A stretch of DNA of 34,090 bases from a virus (taxonomy: Duplodnaviria; Caudoviricetes): positions 1 to 34,090 of the IMG/VR virus record IMGVR_UViG_3300012347_000486; one strand, given 5' to 3'. The position numbers were made by a program, and so were the translations under genes. Of the stretch, positions 26,285 through 33,435 are shown piece after piece; the stretch's first letter is position 1, and the number at the start of each line of letters is the position of its first letter. The notes below the pieces were generated by a model, which was given only the letters and a program-made list of their open reading frames with translations, made no database searches and had not been told where the DNA came from.

Positions 26285-26781
26285 AGCATATTCTAGGACC
26301 CAACTCGCGATCTACGTTATCGTGTGTTGTGGAAGGCGACTCTCAACCAAATGCGGTTGACTTGCGCCTCGATAAGGTGTTCAAGATCAAGGAAGATCGA
26401 TTTGAGATCTCTAACGATTACAAAAAGCACCGAGGAACAGACTACGAAATTAAGATTGACCCAGAAGGGTACTTCAACTTAGAGCCAGGCCACTATGAGG
26501 TTGTGATGGAAAACATCATCCACGTAGGTGCTGGTGAAGCTGGATGGGTTATCACTCGTTCGACGTTGAACCGCAATGGGTTGTTCTTGACTTCAGGTTT
26601 ATACGACAGCGGATACCACGGTGTCATGGCTGGAGTACTTCACGTGACGATCGGCAATGCTCGTATCAAGCGTGGAACACGAATTGGACAGTACTTGAGC
26701 TTTGAAGCTGAAGCTCTGTCTCAATATGATGGTGATTATGGCATCAACAAATCACACGACAATAAGTATGGAGTAAAATAA
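26281..26781 (+). CDS. trimeric dUTPase / dCTP deaminase family protein
   Basis: QPNAVDLRL, RSTLNRNG, YDSGYHG, RIGQ. Confidence 0.85.
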   Translation: MKHILGPNSRSTLSCVVEGDSQPNAVDLRLDKVFKIKEDRFEISNDYKKHRGTDYEIKIDPEGYFNLEPGHYEVVMENIIHVGAGEAGWVITRSTLNRNGLFLTSGLYDSGYHGVMAGVLHVTIGNARIKRGTRIGQYLSFEAEALSQYDGDYGINKSHDNKYGVK

Positions 26782-27638
26782 TGGAAATCAAAGTTGAAAT
26801 CAGCGACTTGCAAAAGAAGAAACTCTTCGTCGCAGTCCCAATGTACGGCGGACAGTGTTCGGGTATGTTTACACGCAGTATCGCTGATCTATCAGCCATC
26901 TGTACGCGCTACAACATCCCAATGCAGCTGTACTTCTTGTTCAATGAGTCATTGATCACACGTGCACGTAACTACTGCGTGGATGAGTTTATGCGCTCGG
27001 GTGCAACCCACTTGATGTTCATCGACAGCGATATCGGTTTCAACCCACAAGATGTGTTGGCACTGTTGGCGTTGATGACAGACGAGTCTCCATACGACGT
27101 TATGGGTGGCCCATACCCTAAGAAGTGTATCTCTTGGGAAAAGATCAAGCAAGCAGTTGACAAAGGTGTCGCGGACCAAGATCCAAACGTGCTCGAGAAG
27201 TTCGTTGGTGACTATGTGTTCAATCCTAAGTCTAAGCAGACAGAGATTCCACTCGGCGAGCCAGTTGAGGTTATGGAAATCGGTACAGGCTTTATGATGA
27301 TCCGTCGTAAGACGATCGAGAAGTACCACGAAGCGTACCCACACCAATGGTATAAGCCAGACCACGTGCGTACCGAGCACTTTGATGGCACACGCGAAAT
27401 CATGGCTGTGTTCGATTGTATCATCGACCCAGTCAGCAAGCGCTACCTGTCAGAAGACTACATGTTCTGCTACAACGTAGACAAGATGGGCATGAAGGTT
27501 TGGTTCTGCCCATGGATGCAACTGCAACACGTCGGCGCATATGTGTTCGGCGGCAGCTTGGCAGACTTGGCATCGATTGGTGCATCTGCAACAGCAGACG
27601 TCGGCAAGCTTCGCGGCGACAAAAACAAGAAGAAGTGA
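26781..27638 (+). CDS. GT-A fold glycosyltransferase-like protein
   Basis: ESLITRARN, LMFIDSDI (DxD), GTGFMMI, SEDYMFC. Confidence 0.8.
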   Translation: MEIKVEISDLQKKKLFVAVPMYGGQCSGMFTRSIADLSAICTRYNIPMQLYFLFNESLITRARNYCVDEFMRSGATHLMFIDSDIGFNPQDVLALLALMTDESPYDVMGGPYPKKCISWEKIKQAVDKGVADQDPNVLEKFVGDYVFNPKSKQTEIPLGEPVEVMEIGTGFMMIRRKTIEKYHEAYPHQWYKPDHVRTEHFDGTREIMAVFDCIIDPVSKRYLSEDYMFCYNVDKMGMKVWFCPWMQLQHVGAYVFGGSLADLASIGASATADVGKLRGDKNKKK

Positions 27639-27643
27639 TACAT

Positions 27644-27666
27644 GAGCCCCTTCGGGGGCTCTTCTT
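27644..27666 (+). terminator. UUCG-capped hairpin, probable terminator
   Basis: GAGCCCC-TTCG-GGGGCTC-TTCTT. Confidence 0.75.
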
Positions 27667-27680
27667 AACGGAGTTATATT

Positions 27681-28340
27681 ATGCAAATCGATGCCCGCAT
27701 GCGCGACATCCTGAAGAACTTTTCGACCATTAACCAGTCGATCCTCTTCAAGCCAGGTTCAGTGCTACGAACCACATCCCCTCTGAAGACAGTCCTAGCA
27801 CATGCAAAGATTCAGTCTTCGATCGATAGCCAATTTGCTATCCATGACCTTAACCGTTTCTTGAGTACACTTTCGTTGTTTGAGCAGCCAGCATTGTCTG
27901 TTGAACAAACCAAGCTAGTGATCGCTGACGGTAAACAAAAAGTCAACTACACATTCGCTCACGAAGACTCGATCGTTGTTCCTACTTCTGACAAGAAGCC
28001 AACAATGCCGTCTACTGAGATTGTGTTCGACCTTTCTAATGAGACGCTGCAACAAGTACGCCGTGCTATGGGGGTATTGAGCTCACCAGAGTTGGCAGTT
28101 GTGGGTGACGGTGAGATCATCACCCTCCAAGCTGTAGACAGCAAGAAGCCAGGTAGCGATACGTTCGCGATTGAGGTTGGCGAGACTACTCACAAATTCA
28201 AGATGTTCTTCCGTGCTGACAATATCAAGTTGCTGCCGAACGACTATCATGTTGAAATCTCTTCTAGCCGCATTGCGCATTTCGAGAGTTCAGATGTAGA
28301 ATACTGGGTTGCTGTTGAAGCTAACTCGACATTTGGTTAA
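27681..28340 (+). CDS. gp45: DNA polymerase sliding clamp (T4 gp45-like)
   Basis: ILKNFSTINQSI, FAIHDLNRFLS, YWVAVE; synteny with gp44/gp62/regA. Confidence 0.95.
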   Translation: MQIDARMRDILKNFSTINQSILFKPGSVLRTTSPLKTVLAHAKIQSSIDSQFAIHDLNRFLSTLSLFEQPALSVEQTKLVIADGKQKVNYTFAHEDSIVVPTSDKKPTMPSTEIVFDLSNETLQQVRRAMGVLSSPELAVVGDGEIITLQAVDSKKPGSDTFAIEVGETTHKFKMFFRADNIKLLPNDYHVEISSSRIAHFESSDVEYWVAVEANSTFG

Positions 28341-28357
28341 TAACTGGAGTTTATATT

Positions 28358-28624
28358 ATGATTGAAATTGACAAAAAAGCCCTTCGTGATTACTTGGACG
28401 AAATGTCTGCCAGCATGTTCCGTGCTGGTGGCGAGCGCGACTTCCAGAAGGAAGCAACAAAGGATGCTGCTGAGAAGTTCGAAATGAAAGCCAAGCAGCT
28501 GAAGAAGATGGCACGTGTCTACCACAAGCAAAACTTCACCGATGAAGTTGCTGAGGCAGAAGAGTTCCAAAAGATGTACGAAGAGATCGTTCTGACCGCA
28601 GCTAGCGTTACGGGCCAAGAATGA
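28358..28624 (+). CDS. dsbA: dsDNA-binding protein (T4 DsbA-like)
   Basis: ARVYHKQNF..EVAEAEEF..MYE resembles the T4 DsbA C-terminal pattern. Confidence 0.7.
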   Translation: MIEIDKKALRDYLDEMSASMFRAGGERDFQKEATKDAAEKFEMKAKQLKKMARVYHKQNFTDEVAEAEEFQKMYEEIVLTAASVTGQE

Positions 28625-29559
28625 GAGACGATTTCCTCTGGTGCGAGAAGTACCGCCCTAAAACAGTAGCAGATACGATTCTGCCTGCTGACATGAAGGC
28701 TACGTTCCAAAAGTATGTGGATGACAAGAACGTCCCTCACTTGCTCCTTAGTGGACGTGCCGGCGTTGGCAAGACCACAATTGCACGAGCAATGTTGGAA
28801 GAGCTTGGTTGCGATTACATCGTGATCAACGGCAGCTTGAACGGCAACATCGATACATTGCGTAACGACATCATGCAATTTGCATCAGCTGTGTCGTTGG
28901 ACGGTGGTCGCAAGTATGTCATCTTGGATGAGGCTGATTACCTCAACGCCAACTCAACACAGCCAGCTCTCCGTAACTTTATGGAAGAGTTCTCAAAGAA
29001 CTGTGGCTTCATCTTGACGTGTAACTTCAAGAACCGAATCATCGAGCCGTTGCACTCCCGTTGTAGTGTTATCGAATTCAAGATTCCGAATGCCGAGAAG
29101 CCAAAGCTAGCCGCGCAGTTCTTCCGTCGTATGACTGACGTCCTCACTCAAGAGAATGTGGAATTCGAACCAGCCGCTGTTGCTGCTGTGGTAGAAAAGC
29201 ACTTTCCTGACTTCCGTCGTACATTGAACGAACTGCAACGATACTCGTCATATGGCAAGATCGATACTGGCATCATCGTCGATGTCAGTGAAGTGAGTAT
29301 GAAAGAGCTGGTAGGACTGCTGAAACGGAAGGACTTCACGAGTGTTCGTAAGTGGGTAGCGGAGAACACCGATACCGATCCTATCGTGCTATTCCGCAAG
29401 TTCTACGACTTGGCTACGGACTACCTCAAGCCATCAGCTATCCCTCAGCTCGTACTGATCATTGCTGATTACCAATACAAGCAAGCATTCGTTGCTGACC
29501 AAGAAGTCAACACAGTGGCCTGTCTAACCGAAATTATGGTGGAGTGTGAATTCAAATGA
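28621..29559 (+). CDS. gp44: clamp loader ATPase subunit (T4 gp44-like)
   Basis: WCEKYRP, Walker A GRAGVGKTT, ILDEAD, LHSRC, PDFRR. Confidence 0.96.
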   Translation: MRDDFLWCEKYRPKTVADTILPADMKATFQKYVDDKNVPHLLLSGRAGVGKTTIARAMLEELGCDYIVINGSLNGNIDTLRNDIMQFASAVSLDGGRKYVILDEADYLNANSTQPALRNFMEEFSKNCGFILTCNFKNRIIEPLHSRCSVIEFKIPNAEKPKLAAQFFRRMTDVLTQENVEFEPAAVAAVVEKHFPDFRRTLNELQRYSSYGKIDTGIIVDVSEVSMKELVGLLKRKDFTSVRKWVAENTDTDPIVLFRKFYDLATDYLKPSAIPQLVLIIADYQYKQAFVADQEVNTVACLTEIMVECEFK

Positions 29560-29732
29560 ACATCTTTAGTAACAGATTCAACCCAGATCCAATCTGGCAC
29601 CGTAACATCAGCTTCGTGAAGAGCGCATTGCGCATCATCGCTGGTGGATGCATGATCGGTGGTAGCTTGATGTTAGGTGGCGTGTTCTTGATCCTCGCAG
29701 AAGTACTTGGCGTCGTTGAAGAGATCGTGTAA
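29556..29732 (+). CDS. small membrane protein (58 aa)
   Basis: ATGA/TAATG coupled at both ends; hydrophobic. Confidence 0.65.
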   Translation: MNIFSNRFNPDPIWHRNISFVKSALRIIAGGCMIGGSLMLGGVFLILAEVLGVVEEIV

Positions 29733-30022
29733 TGAACGATATACTTCTGAGCACAATAAGATGGATTGGCGATGACTACAGAACGCACCCTTTCCGGTTC
29801 GGAGTAGAGATCCTCGCTTGGGCGATCTCTATCGGATGCTCCATCACTATGGCTCTGACTGTACCTAACCCACCATTGCTGATGATGTATCCTGTGTGGA
29901 TTGCTGGTTGTGCGCTTTATGCGTGGGCTGCCTGGACTCGTAAGAGTTTTGGCATGCTCGCCAACTACTTCCTGCTGGTCACCATCGACGTAGTGGGTCT
30001 CATCAGGATGCTTACACAATGA
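29732..30022 (+). CDS. small 3-TM membrane protein
   Basis: three hydrophobic segments; coupled to neighbours. Confidence 0.75.
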   Translation: MNDILLSTIRWIGDDYRTHPFRFGVEILAWAISIGCSITMALTVPNPPLLMMYPVWIAGCALYAWAAWTRKSFGMLANYFLLVTIDVVGLIRMLTQ

Positions 30023-30423
30023 CGCCATTCGACTACGTAAACGCAATCAACCAAACGAAGAAAGATTTGATGGAAGATAAGGATGATGCTTCGGCGGAAT
30101 CCGGTTATGTTCCGTTCATCACAAACAAGACCTTATCGTACTTTCCTGAAACTGTAATGCATGCAAACCGCATGAATACACTTCACCATATCGACAAAAA
30201 GCTGCAATTCCATTACTTTCTAAATAGTGTTAGATCTGGAAAAAGGTTCGCGAAGTGGTTGAAGAAGGATAGTGACGATTTAGGGATTGTATGTGAATAC
30301 TATGGCTATAGCACGGAAAAAGCTAGAGCTGCTCTTCGTCTGCTGACTCCTCAACAAATTGCCCTTATAAAAATAAAACTAACACAAGGGGTTGGAGATG
30401 AATTTAGTAGAAAAGATGGTTGA
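30019..30423 (+). CDS. gp62: clamp loader small subunit (T4 gp62-like)
   Basis: PFDYVNAIN, YVPFITNKTLS, QFHYFLNSVR..KRFAKW, EYYGYS. Confidence 0.92.
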   Translation: MTPFDYVNAINQTKKDLMEDKDDASAESGYVPFITNKTLSYFPETVMHANRMNTLHHIDKKLQFHYFLNSVRSGKRFAKWLKKDSDDLGIVCEYYGYSTEKARAALRLLTPQQIALIKIKLTQGVGDEFSRKDG

Positions 30424-30793
30424 GGTCAAACTCAAAGATGACGACAGCTTTCTAAAAGTAAAAGAAACACTTACACGTATTGGCGTAGCATCACGTAAAG
30501 ATCAGAAGCTATACCAATCGTGCCACATCCTGCACAAGCAGGGAAAATATTACATAGTACACTTTAAAGAATTGTTTGCGCTGGACGGTAAGCCGTCAGA
30601 CTTTTCGGAAGATGATATTGCAAGACGTAACACAATCGCTAATCTATTGGCAGAGTGGGCGTTGATCGATCTAGTCGACCCGCAAAGGTCAGCAGCTCCT
30701 GTTGCACCAATCAGTCAAATTAAAGTGCTACCACACAAAGAGAAGAACCAATGGGAATTGGTTGCGAAATATAACATTGGAAGAAAGACCTAA
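30398..30793 (+). CDS. regA: translational repressor RegA
   Basis: FLKVKETLTRIG, LYQSCHILHKQGKYYIVHFKE. Confidence 0.96.
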   Translation: MNLVEKMVEVKLKDDDSFLKVKETLTRIGVASRKDQKLYQSCHILHKQGKYYIVHFKELFALDGKPSDFSEDDIARRNTIANLLAEWALIDLVDPQRSAAPVAPISQIKVLPHKEKNQWELVAKYNIGRKT

Positions 30794-30796
30794 ATT

Positions 30797-31420
30797 ATGA
30801 ATATTCAATTTGTTCACTTGCCCGGCGATAGCCTAGATTATGATGTTTTGCAGGAAGCAGCAGCTTCAATCAAGGGTGTCGAGGGAACAATTTGTGAAAT
30901 CGGCACACGTCGTGGCGGCAGCTTGCGATATATTGTCGATGGTGTGCTTGGCAATCAAGACCACAACCGCAACGTAGTTTGTATCGATCCGTATGGCAAC
31001 ATCGACTATGCAGACCGTGAGCATGTGATGATGAAGCACGACTACACAAACGATATGCGTAACGAAACGCTACCAAACATCTACATGTATTTGCAAGGTA
31101 AGCCAATCAACGTTGTGTTTATGTGCATGGAAGACACCGAATTCTTCAACCGATTTGCAGACGGCGTCCCGTTCTACCAAGAGCACAAGATCATGTCCAA
31201 TCAGTACAGCTTGGTGTTCTTTGATGGCCCGCACGATACCCCTTCACTATTGAAGGAATTGGAATTCTTCTACCCACGTACCCCACAGGGTGCATATTTC
31301 ATTTTTGACGACGTCGCAGCATATCCACACGACATCATCCACGAAGATCTGTTGAAGAACGGATTCGAGGCTGTTAAATATGGTGAGCAAGGACGTAAGA
31401 TTAGCTACGTTAAGAAGTAA
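30797..31420 (+). CDS. class I SAM-dependent methyltransferase (TylF/Methyltransf_24-like)
   Basis: CEIGTRRGGS, IDPY, FFDGPH, IFDD. Confidence 0.8.
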   Translation: MNIQFVHLPGDSLDYDVLQEAAASIKGVEGTICEIGTRRGGSLRYIVDGVLGNQDHNRNVVCIDPYGNIDYADREHVMMKHDYTNDMRNETLPNIYMYLQGKPINVVFMCMEDTEFFNRFADGVPFYQEHKIMSNQYSLVFFDGPHDTPSLLKELEFFYPRTPQGAYFIFDDVAAYPHDIIHEDLLKNGFEAVKYGEQGRKISYVKK

Positions 31421-31425
31421 CCAGG

Positions 31426-31454
31426 TTGCCTCGCTAGTTTGGTCAACGTATAAT
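31426..31454 (+). promoter_or_regulatory. sigma70-type promoter
   Basis: TTGCCT-17-TATAAT. Confidence 0.65.
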
Positions 31455-31474
31455 TGACTGAAAGCGAGGTAACT

Positions 31475-31771
31475 ATGATTAGCATCGAAGATTCAACTTC
31501 TAAACCGGTTATTACGATTGAAGCAACGCTTCCGTCACAACCGGTCCGTGTCGAGGGATATTCCACTACCGCAGTTACAGTTCGTCATCCTAGCGTATAC
31601 GACATCGAACCTAATTGGGACAATGTCGCAAATGCAGGCTGGATAATATTGATTGCAGTATTGTTGATTCCTCGAGTATTCAACTTGGGCTCAGCCATCG
31701 GCTTTATAATTGGTGGCTTCGCATTTGCGGCTTCAGTTATAGCCAGTTGGTTTTTAATACTTACTGCATGA
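31475..31771 (+). CDS. hypothetical membrane protein
   Basis: GAGGT RBS; two C-terminal TM segments. Confidence 0.7.
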   Translation: MISIEDSTSKPVITIEATLPSQPVRVEGYSTTAVTVRHPSVYDIEPNWDNVANAGWIILIAVLLIPRVFNLGSAIGFIIGGFAFAASVIASWFLILTA

Positions 31772-32064
31772 CAGACATATCAATCATCGACCTCCTACTA
31801 TACGCGTGCGCTGCTACTATTGTTTATCGATTCATTGTCGACAGATTCACATCGGATGATGACCAGTATCCAATTGAAGTTGTCTTCCCAGTCAAACTCG
31901 AGTATACTGACACTCAATGGTACGGATGGGACAATGATGGAGAATTTCTCGGTCAGGCCCCAACAAAGACGATGCTAATGGATGCGATATCAAAAGATGT
32001 CGATCTTCCACTAGACAAATTTCAGATCCTATCAGAGTCGGTTCTTGTAAACCAAATAAAATAA
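31768..32064 (+). CDS. hypothetical protein with N-terminal TM
   Basis: ATGA coupling at 31768. Confidence 0.7.
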   Translation: MTDISIIDLLLYACAATIVYRFIVDRFTSDDDQYPIEVVFPVKLEYTDTQWYGWDNDGEFLGQAPTKTMLMDAISKDVDLPLDKFQILSESVLVNQIK

Positions 32065-32090
32065 ATTTCAATTATTTTAGGTGACCACAG

Positions 32091-32119
32091 TTGTCAAAAC
32101 AAAAAGTCGTCTATATAAT
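32091..32119 (+). promoter_or_regulatory. sigma70 promoter P1 of the tRNA-cluster leader
   Basis: TTGTCA-17-TATAAT. Confidence 0.8.
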
Positions 32120-32161
32120 ACACAAATCAATTAAAAACTTTCCTTTCGGAGTATTTCAGAA

Positions 32162-32293
32162 GTGTCCTCAATAATCATTACAACAGTAAAACACGAGCAA
32201 CCGAGCTATCTCAGCTTGGCCGCACGCTCATGCTTTATTGGTAATGGACGCGATTGGTCTACCCCAGGGTCTGAAGGATCCGGTTACGCATAA
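32162..32293 (+). CDS. putative attenuator leader peptide (43 aa) containing all 20 amino acids
   Basis: GGAG at 32148-32151, GTG start, MSSIIITTVKHEQPSYLSLAARSCFIGNGRDWSTPGSEGSGYA*; overlaps the antiterminator strand. Confidence 0.65.
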   Translation: MSSIIITTVKHEQPSYLSLAARSCFIGNGRDWSTPGSEGSGYA

Positions 32294-32314
32294 ACAGTAA
32301 CTACACTCTTCAAG

Positions 32315-32349
32315 AAACCCTGGGATCTCAAAAGGACCCAGGGTTTTTT
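32315..32349 (+). terminator. intrinsic terminator (attenuator) with a competing antiterminator
   Basis: AAACCCTGGG/CCCAGGGTTT stem plus T-run; a second CCCAGGGT at 32263-32270 can pair with the 5' arm. Confidence 0.85.
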
Positions 32350-32409
32350 ATTGCGCGAGTCTATTTCAGTTTGCAATAATGTAAATTAAAATTGATTCTG
32401 ACCAGCCAG

Positions 32410-32438
32410 TTGATGTTAAGATTAGTTCCTAATACAAT
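32410..32438 (+). promoter_or_regulatory. second sigma70-type promoter P2 before the tRNA cluster
   Basis: TTGATG-17-TACAAT. Confidence 0.55.
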
Positions 32439-32468
32439 CGGCAACAGAACAAAACGATTATCTAATCG

Positions 32469-32503
32469 GATCAAATTTAGGTTTGATCATATGCTCATTA
32501 ACA
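32469..32503 (+). promoter_or_regulatory. rrn-like boxB/boxA antitermination signal
   Basis: hairpin GATCAAAT-TTAG-GTTTGATC followed by TGCTCATTAACA (one mismatch to TGCTCTTTAACA). Confidence 0.6.
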
Positions 32504-32544
32504 TTTAAATGACTTTGGGTGGCCGCTTCGGCGGCCACAATTAT

Positions 32545-32619
32545 ACTGCGTTCGTCTATCGGTTAGGACATCAGGTTTTCAACCTGAGAAGAGGGGTTCG
32601 ACTCCCCTACGCAGTACCA
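32545..32619 (+). tRNA. tRNA-Glu(TTC)
   Basis: ACTGCGT/ACGCAGT acceptor, TCAGG-TT-TTC-AA-CCTGA, GGTTCGA T-loop, CCA. Confidence 0.95.
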
Positions 32620-32740
32620 TTAATTGAATCTTCTGTAAGCTCAGAGGATCGATCATTCGTTATGTAACTGCGTCAATACGCCGTAAGCCTGCAGTAAAGC
32701 GTGCTGAGATGTAGCAAATAGTGCAGTGGATTCAATTAAT
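32620..32740 (+). ncRNA. unassigned structured RNA between tRNA-Glu and tRNA-Asp
   Basis: ends form a perfect 14-bp inverted repeat CCATTAATTGAATC/GATTCAATTAATGG (32617-32630/32729-32742). Confidence 0.5.
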
Positions 32741-32815
32741 GGCTCTGTCATATAGTGGTTATTATACCGGCCTGTCTAGCTGGATATCGGGGTTCGATTC
32801 CCCGCAGAGTCGCCA
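32741..32815 (+). tRNA. tRNA-Asp(GTC)
   Basis: CCGGC-CT-GTC-TA-GCTGG anticodon arm, T-loop, GCCA end. Confidence 0.92.
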
Positions 32816-32821
32816 AGTTTT

Positions 32822-32895
32822 ACCCGGATAGTTAAATGGTATAACGTGCGCTTGATAAGCGCTTATCGCAAGTTCGATTCTTGCTCTGGGTACCA
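32822..32895 (+). tRNA. tRNA-Ile(GAT)
   Basis: ACCCGGA/TCTGGGT acceptor, GCGC-TT-GAT-AA-GCGC, ACCA. Confidence 0.92.
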
Positions 32896-32903
32896 AGTTT
32901 TTT

Positions 32904-32979
32904 GCTCGCGAAGTATTAGTTGGTGGTATGCCGCTTTCGTAATGCGGAGGATCGGGTTCGAGGCCTGACGTGAGCACCA
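32904..32979 (+). tRNA. tRNA-Thr(CGT)
   Basis: GCTCGCG/CGTGAGC acceptor, loop TT-CGT-AA, ACCA; some non-canonical pairs. Confidence 0.85.
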
Positions 32980-32990
32980 AGAGTTTTTAT

Positions 32991-33066
32991 CTCCGTATGG
33001 CGTAACCTGGTAGCGTCCATGCTTTGGGAGCATGTGGTGAAGGTTCAAATCCTTCTATGGAGACCA
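32991..33066 (+). tRNA. tRNA-Pro(TGG)
   Basis: CATGC-TT-TGG-GA-GCATG, GGTTCAAATCC, ACCA. Confidence 0.95.
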
Positions 33067-33071
33067 TAGTT

Positions 33072-33270
33072 TTTGTAAGTGTTAGCAAGAGAAAGACACA
33101 CCTCTAAGGATTCTTCGAAGGTCCATTGGTGTAAAGTGGGGACGGTTCGAATCCGGTATCGACGGCCTAACGGAGGCACCTATGTCAAGTATTCCAAGTA
33201 ACGTACCGACCTCCCTGTGCACATAACCGATGGGTGAATGGTTCCGATAACGTGGCGGAACGCTTGCGAA
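33072..33270 (+). ncRNA. unassigned ~200-nt multi-hairpin RNA with a T-loop hairpin
   Basis: 12-bp closing stem TTTGTAAGTGTT/AACGCTTGCGAA (3 G-U pairs); internal CGG-TTCGAAT-CCG and other hairpins. Confidence 0.55.
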
Positions 33271-33278
33271 TTTATTTT

Positions 33279-33352
33279 CTGGGTATAAGATAGTGGCAGT
33301 CTCCGAGTCTTGGATACTTGATGTGGAAGTTCGATTCTTCCTACCCAGACCA
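33279..33352 (+). tRNA. tRNA-Pro(TGG), second divergent copy
   Basis: CTGGGTA/TACCCAG acceptor, CGAGT-CT-TGG-AT-ACTTG, ACCA. Confidence 0.88.
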
Positions 33353-33358
33353 CTTTTT

Positions 33359-33429
33359 AGGATGAGTTCTGCAACAACAATAGAACACCAAACTTTTAAT
33401 TTGACATGTTCGTCAAAATCATCCTGTTA
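33359..33429 (+). ncRNA. CWGCAA-stem RNA 1: displays a tRNA-Lys(UUU) anticodon stem-loop
   Basis: AGGATGA/TCATCCT closing stem; CTGCAA; GAACA-C-CAAA-CTTTTAA-TTTG-ACA-TGTTC. Confidence 0.65.
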
Positions 33430-33435
33430 TATTAG

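Noticed and set aside
416-31106. Numerous minus-strand and alternate-frame ORFs in the track (e.g. 1242..1877, 12356..12973, 14181..14924)
   Set aside because: They shadow well-supported, translationally coupled + strand genes and lack RBSs or recognisable motifs. Only 3295..3489 was kept.
32650-32730. Pistol or twister ribozyme (TAAGCC...AAGCGT resemblance)
   Set aside because: Spacing and the required pseudoknot partners could not be matched by eye; left as an unassigned RNA pending an Infernal search.
32762-33048. Minus-strand ORFs 32762..32980 and 32863..33048
   Set aside because: They are antisense to clear tRNA genes.
33138-33163. tmRNA 5' end (GGGG...GGTATCGAC)
   Set aside because: No matching T-arm/acceptor 3' end with CCA and no tag reading frame nearby; the element is too short.
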